Of a stretch of DNA of 64,000 nucleotides, positions 57,187 through 64,000 are shown piece by piece. Made by a program: the position numbers and the translations under genes. Each line of letters opens with the position of its first letter. Positions within the stretch are counted from its first letter, which is position 1. The stretch covers positions 88,726-152,725 of the forward strand of contig JAAEQC010000092.1 in the NCBI GenBank assembly GCA_024231905.1, read 5' to 3'. This stretch comes from a bacterium (lineage in GTDB: Bacteria; Krumholzibacteriota; Krumholzibacteriia; LZORAL124-64-63). The notes below the pieces were generated by a model, which saw only the letters and a program-made list of their open reading frames with translations, had not been told where the DNA came from and searched no databases.

Positions 57187-57611
57187 GTCGCATGACCAGG
57201 GACGAGGGCCATCTCGTGGTGGCCGGGATCCGGGTGTTGGTCCACAGCCTGGGCCGGGGACCGACACCGGACGAGTTGGCTGAACTGCTGGGCCTGGCCT
57301 CGGGCTCGGTGCGCCTGCAGCTGGTGGCGCTGGCGGAGCTGGGGGCGGTGGCCATGGTCGAGAGCGCCTTCGAGACCCACGCCGAGGTGCGCGATTACGG
57401 GCGCCTGGAGGAGTTGTCCGAGGAGGGCGGTCCGGCCATCACCGACGACCTCAAGGCCTTCGACGAGAAGAAGCGCCAGGAGACCGAGCGCATGTCCCAG
57501 CTATTCGAGTCCGGCGAGCAGGAAGATCGGCTCAAGGAGAAACACCGGCAGATGGACCAGGAATTAGAGTCGTTCCGGAAGCAGAAACCGGAGAACCCCT
57601 TCGGGGACTGA
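57183..57611 (+). CDS. hypothetical protein, winged-helix-like N-terminus and charged coiled-coil C-terminus
   Basis: ATG 57183 overlaps the upstream stop (ATGA). PTPDELAELLGLASGSVRLQLVALAELGAV, then a K/E/Q-rich tail. Confidence 0.5.
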   Translation: MSRMTRDEGHLVVAGIRVLVHSLGRGPTPDELAELLGLASGSVRLQLVALAELGAVAMVESAFETHAEVRDYGRLEELSEEGGPAITDDLKAFDEKKRQETERMSQLFESGEQEDRLKEKHRQMDQELESFRKQKPENPFGD

Positions 57612-57634
57612 AACCGGTGACCGCTATAAGAAAA

Positions 57635-57658
57635 GGCCCGGCGCCGCAGCGCCGGGCC
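57635..57658. terminator. bidirectional hairpin between convergent genes
   Basis: Perfect 10-bp stem ggcccggcgc / gcgccgggcc with a 4-nt loop. AAAA lies 5' on the plus strand (TTTT on the minus strand). Confidence 0.7.
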
Positions 57659-57680
57659 CTCGTGTTCGTAGCGGGCTGGA

Positions 57681-59501
57681 TCAGATGATGCCGGGTACCG
57701 AGTAGCGGAAGTCGTCGATGTCGGCCGCCTCGGTCCGCTCCTGGAGCCACTCGCCGAAACGCTCGGTCTGGGCGCGGTTCAACAAGGCGGCGCGCAGGCC
57801 CTCGCGGCGAACCGCGAAGTCCATCTCGTCGAAGCCGCTGGTCCACACGGGGACCAGAGCAAAGAGCCCCCGCAGGGTTTCCACCTCGGGGACGATCTGT
57901 CCCACGGCGCCTTCCACGGCCAGCTTGTTGAAATCGGTGCCGTAGCCCACGTCGGCGATGTTGTCGTTCACGCCGAAGGTGTCGGAGACAGCGTGCATGA
58001 GGCCGTGGGCCGCCGCCGCTTCGGCCAGGGGTGTGCCCATCTGCACTTCGCCCACCGCGGGCGAGAGCAGGGCACGGCTGCGGGCCAGGTCACGGTCCTG
58101 GCGTACAGCCAGGGCCACGCGGCCGCGCACCGTTTCGAGAGGTGACGGGCCCTCGGGCAGGTTGTCCAGGGCCAGGACCACGTACATGAACTGGTCGTTC
58201 TCGAAGACGGGGCTCACGGAGCCGGCGTCGGTGCCCAGGGCCCAGTTGGCGCCGCCCATGGTCTGACGCAGCCCGGGGATGTCGCGGCCGGCGGCGAAGG
58301 GGCCGGGCTCGACCAGATCGTGGGCCTCGGCTTGGGCGGTGGTCACGAAGCTGCCGCCGTCCACCCGGTCGCGGAAGTCCCCGGCGAAATCGCGCAGGGC
58401 GTCCATGGTGGCCGGACCGGGGGTGACCTTCAGCAGGATGTGCCGTGCGTGGACCTGCGTAACCTCGTCGCTCTCCGGCGCCGTGAACTGCTCGAGCACC
58501 TCGATGAGGTGGTAGCCGAAAGACGTGCGCACCGGTTCGCTCAGTTGGCCCACCGGCAGGGAGAAGGCTGCGGCGGTGAACTCGTCGACCATGCGGTTGC
58601 GGTCGAAGGTGCCTAGGTCGCCGCCGGCCTCTGCGGTGCCGTCCTCGCCGAAGTCGCGGGCGGCGTCCTCGAAGGTGCGGGTGCCGGCCAGGATGTCGTC
58701 ACGCAGTTCGGTGATGAAGCTGAGCACCTCGGCCCAGTCGCCGTCACCGGCTTCCTTGGCGAAGCGCACGACCTTGCACTGGCCGCGGACGGGCTCCTGG
58801 TAGTCCGCCAGGTTGGCGTCGTACCAGGCCTGGATCTCCTGGTCGGTGGGATCGCCCACGTCCTCGAGGTCGTTGAAGCGCATACCCATGTACTCGGCCA
58901 CGGCGCGGCCGGACTGGCGCACATATTCCTCGCGGATCTCCAGGTCGGACACGACCACGTCGGCGGTGATCTCCTCGATGAGCTTCAGCCGGGGCAGGTA
59001 GTTCCGGCGCACGTAGGACTCGGCGAGACTCCAGTCCGCATCGGGATTGTTCAGGTCGGCGAAGTAGCGGTCGAGATCGACCCCGCCCTCCTCGGTGCGA
59101 TAGGCCGACAGGAGTTCCGGCGGGGGATTGGTCTGGAAGGCCTCGAGGACTTCGGCGTCGGTGACGTCGATGTCGCGCTCGTCCACCGCGGACTGGATGA
59201 CCGCGTCCTGCACCAGTGCGTTCCAGGCGCGATCGCGGGCCATGGCGTACTGGTTGGAAGTCAGTTCGTTGCCGGCGGCCTGCTGGCGCATGGCGCCGGT
59301 CTGCTGGCGCACCATGTTGTCGTAGGCCTGGGCCGGGATGTCGACGCCGTTCACCGTGCCGACCACGCCCTGCGCCATCCGCCGGGCCCCGGGGCCTTCG
59401 CAACTGCCGCTGCCGAAACTGGCGAAGGTGCCGAAGCCGATGAAGGATATGGCGATCACCCAGTAGAAGATCTTGGCCCGGGAACGCAGGAACTTGAACA
59501 T
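57681..59501 (-). CDS. PpiD/SurA-like periplasmic chaperone with parvulin PPIase domain
   Basis: ATG 59501 (MFKFLRSRAKIFYWVIAISFIGFGTFA, N-terminal anchor). Parvulin block ARHILLKV ... GGDLGTFDRNRMVDEFTAAAFSL ... SFGYHLIEV. Confidence 0.75.
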   Translation of the reverse strand: MFKFLRSRAKIFYWVIAISFIGFGTFASFGSGSCEGPGARRMAQGVVGTVNGVDIPAQAYDNMVRQQTGAMRQQAAGNELTSNQYAMARDRAWNALVQDAVIQSAVDERDIDVTDAEVLEAFQTNPPPELLSAYRTEEGGVDLDRYFADLNNPDADWSLAESYVRRNYLPRLKLIEEITADVVVSDLEIREEYVRQSGRAVAEYMGMRFNDLEDVGDPTDQEIQAWYDANLADYQEPVRGQCKVVRFAKEAGDGDWAEVLSFITELRDDILAGTRTFEDAARDFGEDGTAEAGGDLGTFDRNRMVDEFTAAAFSLPVGQLSEPVRTSFGYHLIEVLEQFTAPESDEVTQVHARHILLKVTPGPATMDALRDFAGDFRDRVDGGSFVTTAQAEAHDLVEPGPFAAGRDIPGLRQTMGGANWALGTDAGSVSPVFENDQFMYVVLALDNLPEGPSPLETVRGRVALAVRQDRDLARSRALLSPAVGEVQMGTPLAEAAAAHGLMHAVSDTFGVNDNIADVGYGTDFNKLAVEGAVGQIVPEVETLRGLFALVPVWTSGFDEMDFAVRREGLRAALLNRAQTERFGEWLQERTEAADIDDFRYSVPGII

Positions 59502-59759
59502 GACTGACGACCTCTCGGCAGGTTGGCGGTACGACATACGTGGGCGACAGGGGTTGCGGCCGACCGACCCCGACGCGGAGACAGTCCCCCAAAATGGTGC
59601 AAAAGGCGGCAATCCACAAGTTCGCCGTTGCTCCGGTAGACAGAAACCCCGGATGGGAATGTCCATGTAGCCCGACCGGGCCATGGTGTAGAATGGGGCA
59701 CCGCGGTAGCCCGGCATCCGGCCGGGCCGCGCGGATCATGGCCAGGAGGTCCCGTCCCC

Positions 59760-60188
59760 ATGCTCCATCCCGGTATCATGGCCCTGGCCGCGGGACTCGC
59801 CGCCCAGGTGGCGAAGGTCCCGGTGGAACTGGTTTTGCGCCGCCGCTGGCGACCCCTGGCGGTCCTCGAGAACGGGGGCATGCCCAGTTCTCACACGGCC
59901 ACCGTCACGACCCTGACGCTGGCGGTCCAGCGGGCCGAAGGCTGGGATTCGTCCATCTTCAGCCTCGTGCTCGTATTCTCCTTCTTCGTCATTCTCGAGG
60001 CCACCGGCCTGCGCCAGGAGATCGGGCACCAGGCCCAGATCCTTAACGAGATGATGGACCGGGCTCTGGCCGGCGGCGGTGTGGACCGGAAGCGCCTACG
60101 TGAACTGGTGGGCCATACCTGGACCGAGGTGGCCGGCGGACTTGCCTTCGGTGTGCTCTTCACATTGATCTGGTGGCGTCTCGAGTAG
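59760..60188 (+). CDS. divergent PAP2-family membrane protein (DUF212)
   Basis: GGMPSSHTATVTTL, EATGLRQEIGHQA and VGHTWTEVAGG signatures. 142 aa. Confidence 0.8.
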   Translation: MLHPGIMALAAGLAAQVAKVPVELVLRRRWRPLAVLENGGMPSSHTATVTTLTLAVQRAEGWDSSIFSLVLVFSFFVILEATGLRQEIGHQAQILNEMMDRALAGGGVDRKRLRELVGHTWTEVAGGLAFGVLFTLIWWRLE

Positions 60189-60226
60189 GTATTCGAATAA
60201 AATAATGAATTCATTAAAACCAGGGG

Positions 60227-60254
60227 TTGACAGAGGGGTTTCATCGCGTATGAT
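60227..60254 (+). promoter_or_regulatory. near-consensus sigma-70-type promoter upstream of ParA-CBM gene
   Basis: TTGACA (60227-60232), 16-nt spacer, TATGAT (60249-60254). About 110 nt upstream of ATG 60364. Confidence 0.55.
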
Positions 60255-60363
60255 CCGTCCAACAGGGTCGTCGGGCAGGAGGCCCAGACGCCTTTCGACA
60301 TAGATTCCGCAGTCCGGCCGCGAGCCGGATCGAGGGTTCCCTCATGCGTCGAAAGGATTCGAT

Positions 60364-61437
60364 ATGAGGATCATCGCCCTGGCCAACCAGAAAGGTGGAT
60401 GCGCGAAGACCACGACGGCCACCAACCTCGCCGCCGCTCTCGCCGCCGCCGACAAGAGAGTCCTGCTCGTCGACAACGATCCGCAGGGACATGCCACCCT
60501 GGCCTTCGGTTTCAGGGAACGCGACTTCTCCCTTTCCACATACGATCTCTACCTCACGTCGGACATCCTCGTGGAAGACGCGTTCCTGGAGGCAGGCGAC
60601 AACCTGCAACTGGTGCCGGCCGGCGTCGAGTTGTCGGCCGTCGAACAGGCCCTGGCCCGCGAGGAGGACAAGGAACTGCGCCTGCGGAATAAGCTGCGGC
60701 GGAGTGCCATGCCCTTCGACTACGTGCTCATCGACTGTCCGCCGGCGGTGGGTCTGCTCACCTTCAATGCGCTCCTGGCGGCGGGGGAGGTGATGATCCC
60801 GGTGGATCCGAGCTACTACGGCCTGCAGGCCGTGCGCAAGATGCGGGAGACCCTGACGCTGTTGCGCGAACGGCGCGGCCACGACGCCATTCCCCACATC
60901 CTCATGGCCGACTTCGACACGCGGCCACGCTTCGTGCGGTCGCTCATGGCCGAGCTCGAGGAGCTGTACGAGGGCGACCTGATGGACACGATCATCCACC
61001 ACACGGTCCGCTTCAAGGAGGCGGCCGGAGCGGGCGTGCCGTTGCTCCATTACGACGCCGAGTCTCGGGGCGCCGTGGATTTCCGGCTCCTGGCGCGGGA
61101 ACTGCTGGCCGAGGAGCAGGACGTGAGTGTCACGGCAGTGGACCGCTGGGCGACCTTGCTCCACGGTCCGCGCACCACCGAGGGTGGCCTGGCCTTCGAG
61201 GCCGACTTCCCCCGGGCCAAGACCGTGCGCATCACCGGATCGTTCTGCGACTGGTCTGCCCAGGGGATCCCCCTGGAGCGACGCGAGGACGGCATCTGGT
61301 CCTGTCGCCTGCAACTGGATCGCGGCGACCACGAGTACCGCTACATCGTGGACGGGGCCTGGTTGCCGGATCCGCACAACGAGGCCACGGCTCCCAACGA
61401 GTTCGGCGGCGCCAACAGCGTTTGCGTCGTGCCTTGA
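60364..61437 (+). CDS. ParA/MinD-family ATPase fused to C-terminal CBM48/AMPK-beta-like glycan-binding (E_set) domain
   Basis: AAGGA RBS. Deviant Walker A NQKGGCAKTTTATNLAAAL, then VLLVDNDPQG and VLIDCPP. The C-terminal approximately 85 aa read VRITGSFCDWSAQGIPLERREDGIWSCRLQLDRGDHEYRYIVDGAWLPDPHN...GGANSV. Confidence 0.8.
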   Translation: MRIIALANQKGGCAKTTTATNLAAALAAADKRVLLVDNDPQGHATLAFGFRERDFSLSTYDLYLTSDILVEDAFLEAGDNLQLVPAGVELSAVEQALAREEDKELRLRNKLRRSAMPFDYVLIDCPPAVGLLTFNALLAAGEVMIPVDPSYYGLQAVRKMRETLTLLRERRGHDAIPHILMADFDTRPRFVRSLMAELEELYEGDLMDTIIHHTVRFKEAAGAGVPLLHYDAESRGAVDFRLLARELLAEEQDVSVTAVDRWATLLHGPRTTEGGLAFEADFPRAKTVRITGSFCDWSAQGIPLERREDGIWSCRLQLDRGDHEYRYIVDGAWLPDPHNEATAPNEFGGANSVCVVP

Positions 61438-62132
61438 ACCGGGATCCGCTACGCAACGCGGCGGGAGGACGGCAGACCTCCCGCCGCGGACCTCACGAAC
61501 GTTCCCACCACATCGCCGACGTGGCCCACCATTTCCTGGCCGACGCCCGGACCGAAGCGCCGTGCATCTTCGTGGCCGGACCGGCGGCGGGGACCGGATT
61601 GGCCCTGGAACTGGCGGCGGGTTGGGCCCGGGCCGCCGGCGGGACGGTCGGATTCGTGGATTCGGCTCCGGCGGCGGCGGAAATCGAGGCCGAACGGTTG
61701 ACCGGTGTCGTGCGCCGGGCTCCGGATGATCCCGACCGGCCCGGGGAGAGCGCCCTCTTCTGGCACCTGGGCCATCCGGACCGCCGACGCCTGGACGATC
61801 TGGACGCCGTGGGCCGCGTACCCGGCGCCGGACTGCCGGGCCTCGGACGGCGGCGTCGGATCCTCTGGTGCGTGGCACCAGGTGTCGCGGATGCGTGGCA
61901 CCCGCTCATCGGTCTGGGACGACTGACGGGTGCCCTGCACACCGGCGGTACGGCACTGGTTGTCGGACCGGGCAACCGGGCGGCGACCGAACTCGAAAGT
62001 ATCCGTGCCCGGGCCGGCGCCGCCATCGGCGATGATGCGAGTCTCGTGATCCTACCGGAAGCGGCGCGACCAGGGGCCCGGGCGGCGACCCTCGCTGGTC
62101 TGCCGGCACTGCTGTTTCCCGCGACACCTTGA
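61422..62132 (+). CDS. hypothetical protein, possibly a ParA/MinD-fold paralogue with lysine-less P-loop
   Basis: High GC3 in this frame. Overlaps the ParA-CBM 3' end by 16 nt (start uncertain). CIFVAGPAAGTGLALELAAGWARAAGGTVGFVDS is collinear with IIALANQKGGCAKTTTATNLAAALAAADKRVLLVDND. Confidence 0.4.
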   Translation: MRRALNRDPLRNAAGGRQTSRRGPHERSHHIADVAHHFLADARTEAPCIFVAGPAAGTGLALELAAGWARAAGGTVGFVDSAPAAAEIEAERLTGVVRRAPDDPDRPGESALFWHLGHPDRRRLDDLDAVGRVPGAGLPGLGRRRRILWCVAPGVADAWHPLIGLGRLTGALHTGGTALVVGPGNRAATELESIRARAGAAIGDDASLVILPEAARPGARAATLAGLPALLFPATP

Positions 62133-62249
62133 AGCTTTTTGCTGTGGACCGGTCTCCCCGGAGAGCCTAGGCTCCATCCGTTGTTCCGGTCCCGGCGCCA
62201 CTGACGGCGCCGGGCCGCACCCGGCCTTCTTCCGTACTCCGGGAGGACC

Positions 62250-62807
62250 ATGTTCCGCGCGACCCTGCCGAGACTTGTCGCCCTGGCATTGATTCCAGCC
62301 TGCGTCCTGGTTGCCGTCGCCGCCGCCGACGACGAACCGCTGCGTTACACCCTGGGCGAGCCGGGCTATCTCGTCCTGGCGGGCGCGGCCGACAGCACCG
62401 ACGTCTACATCTGGCAGGACGGACCGGGCGAGGGGCGCCGGTCCCTGGTCTGGGACGAGGGCATGCTCACGGTCCCGGCCGATCTGGTGGGCGAGACCTA
62501 TGGCCGCCACGACCTGGGCTTCCCCTGCGGCGCGACCCTGGCGGGCAACGGACGCGGCGGACGCCTCGTCTTCGAACCCGGCACCTTCCCCATCGACGAA
62601 CCGCTGCGCCTGGGCGACGGTTCGCTCGACTTCTACGCCGCCGACGGGGAACTGGAGATCCGCGCCGGCCGCATCCGCTACAGCCGCGCGGCCAGCCGCC
62701 AAAAGGACCCGCGGGCCTCGTTCATCATGCTGGCCGGTATGGTGGTGCTGACGGTGGTGCTCCTGCGCCGGGCGCGCCGGACACGAGAGTCGGGCAGAGG
62801 ACGTTGA
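62250..62807 (+). CDS. exported hypothetical protein with C-terminal TM segment plus Arg-rich tail
   Basis: Signal peptide LVALALIPACVLVAVAAA|DDE. C-terminus DPRASFIMLAGMVVLTVVLLRRARRTRESGRGR. Confidence 0.5.
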   Translation: MFRATLPRLVALALIPACVLVAVAAADDEPLRYTLGEPGYLVLAGAADSTDVYIWQDGPGEGRRSLVWDEGMLTVPADLVGETYGRHDLGFPCGATLAGNGRGGRLVFEPGTFPIDEPLRLGDGSLDFYAADGELEIRAGRIRYSRAASRQKDPRASFIMLAGMVVLTVVLLRRARRTRESGRGR

Positions 62808-64000
62808 ACACCCCAGCGATCGTCCGCCGGCTGTTGGCCGGGATGCTCTTGACCCTGCCCTGGGTGGGGATGGGAGTGGGGCGGCTTGTCACCGGCCGCG
62901 ACCTGGGCTTCGGACTACAACCCGCCTGGTTCCTTCTCGGCGCCGCGGCGGTGCCGCTGCTGTTCGCCGTGCGCCCAGAAGACATCCGCTCCTGCCTGCC
63001 CCGGTCCTGGCTGGTTTTTGCCGGCGCGGCGGTGGCCGCCCTGGCCCTGTCGGCCCTGGGATTGCGCATCGCTCCGGTCCAGGAGGAGTCGGCCGTGGTG
63101 GCCGGGCGTTTTCTGCGGCAGGTCGTCCAGCTGGGACTCATGGCCGCCTTCCTCGTCCTGCCGGCCTGCTGGGTGCGGGGGACTGCGCGCTGGCGCTTCA
63201 CGGCCCGCTGGCTGGTGGCGGGCGCCTGGCTGCAGGTGGCCTATGCGGGCCTCCAGTATCTCCACTGGCACCACCCGGGAACGCTCCTGCCTGCCCTGGA
63301 GCAGATCTTCACTTCCAACCCGGCCATCCTCAGCGGATCGGAGCAGCTCCACGTGGGTGACGGCTTCCGGGACATGCCCCGTCTGCGGGGGACCATGTGC
63401 GAGCCCCTGTACCTGGGAAACTACCTGCTGGCGGTACTGCCGCTGGTGTCGCTCGCCGGGTGGAACCGCTGGCTCTCCCGGGCCACGACCCTCCTGCTGG
63501 CGGTGGTGCTGCTGCTGACCTGGTCCCGCGGCGCATGGGCGGCCGGAGCGGTGGCGGGCCTGGTCGCACTGGTCTTGGCCCGTGGTCGCTGGCGTCGGCC
63601 GGGTCGGTCGGTGCTTCTGGGATCCGTGGCGGCGGTGGTGGTGCTGGCGGTGGCCCTGGGTCCGGACCGCTTGCTGCTGCCCTGGGAACGACTGATCCAG
63701 AGCCTCAGCACCCGCGACTGGTCCAATCTCACCCGGCTCTACAGTTTCCAGGCGGCTTGGCGGGCCTTCCAGCTCAGCCCTGCCGTGGGTGTGGGTTGGG
63801 GGCAATTTGCCTGGCATTTTCCGGTGCTGGTGGACCCCATGGGACTGCAGAGCCAGTTCACCTGGCCGGTGGTCAACAGTTTCCCCCTGCGGGTCCTCTG
63901 CGAAACCGGACTGGTGGGCTTCGGTGTGTTCGCCGGGGCGGCGGCCGCGATTGTGCGGCAGGTGGCAAGGGCGGTGCGCCGGCCGGACGTGGATCCGGAG
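62804..64000 (+). CDS. O-antigen ligase / polymerase family (Wzy_C-like) membrane protein, 3' end outside window
   Basis: Not in the ORF track because no stop is reached. I translated frame 2 by hand and found it open from TTG 62804 (TTGA overlap; alternative ATG 62843) to base 64000. Motifs LLLTWSRGAW, GVGWGQF and VNSFPLRVLCETGLVG. Many TM segments. Confidence 0.7.
   Translation, partial: MNTPAIVRRLLAGMLLTLPWVGMGVGRLVTGRDLGFGLQPAWFLLGAAAVPLLFAVRPEDIRSCLPRSWLVFAGAAVAALALSALGLRIAPVQEESAVVAGRFLRQVVQLGLMAAFLVLPACWVRGTARWRFTARWLVAGAWLQVAYAGLQYLHWHHPGTLLPALEQIFTSNPAILSGSEQLHVGDGFRDMPRLRGTMCEPLYLGNYLLAVLPLVSLAGWNRWLSRATTLLLAVVLLLTWSRGAWAAGAVAGLVALVLARGRWRRPGRSVLLGSVAAVVVLAVALGPDRLLLPWERLIQSLSTRDWSNLTRLYSFQAAWRAFQLSPAVGVGWGQFAWHFPVLVDPMGLQSQFTWPVVNSFPLRVLCETGLVGFGVFAGAAAAIVRQVARAVRRPDVDPE

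Overview
This is a GC-rich bacterial chromosomal segment (about two-thirds G+C by eye, not computed). It carries roughly 58 tightly packed protein-coding genes. I could not recognise any rRNA, tRNA, CRISPR array, transposase or integrase.

Most of the window is core housekeeping:
- ptsI (3' part), a PGI/PMI-family isomerase, metK, lptF/lptG, uppP and a sigma-70 factor.
- dsbD plus a TlpA-like redoxin, crcB, valS and a rodZ-like gene.
- uvrB-nadC-birA-coaX.
- groES-groEL behind a half-degenerate CIRCE element.
- An aminotransferase-folB-folK-deoxynucleoside kinase chain.
- A panB-panC-GlmU(N-domain)-HIT-LytR_C chain.
- tatA and a ppiD-like chaperone.

Neighbouring genes very often overlap by 1 or 4 nt (GTGA/ATGA/TTGA).

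The loci most worth follow-up are envelope and cell-organisation genes scattered among these:
1. A ParA/MinD-type ATPase is fused to a C-terminal CBM48/AMPK-beta-like glycan-binding module. It sits behind a near-consensus promoter and two AT-rich perfect palindromes. A gene that looks like a lysine-less P-loop paralogue follows it.
2. An MglA-like small GTPase has every nucleotide-binding or catalytic motif substituted and carries a long C-terminal extension. It is flanked by a zinc-ribbon protein, an unrecognisable divergent gene and a TPR protein.
3. A 2147-aa SprA-like outer-membrane protein (candidate type IX secretion translocon) has a stop that overlaps the start of an M28 glutaminyl-cyclase-like gene. 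Three exported proteins in the window have Gln at the predicted +1 position after AxA.
4. A helicase-exonuclease pair resembles MrfA/MrfB (YprA/YprB) and is coupled to a third, winged-helix-like gene.

The gene mix (SprA-like protein, short sigma-70, exported FG-GAP/PKD/TPR proteins) suggests an FCB-type lineage, but that is inference.

All functional calls come from recognising motifs by eye against remembered family signatures. No searches or computations were run.
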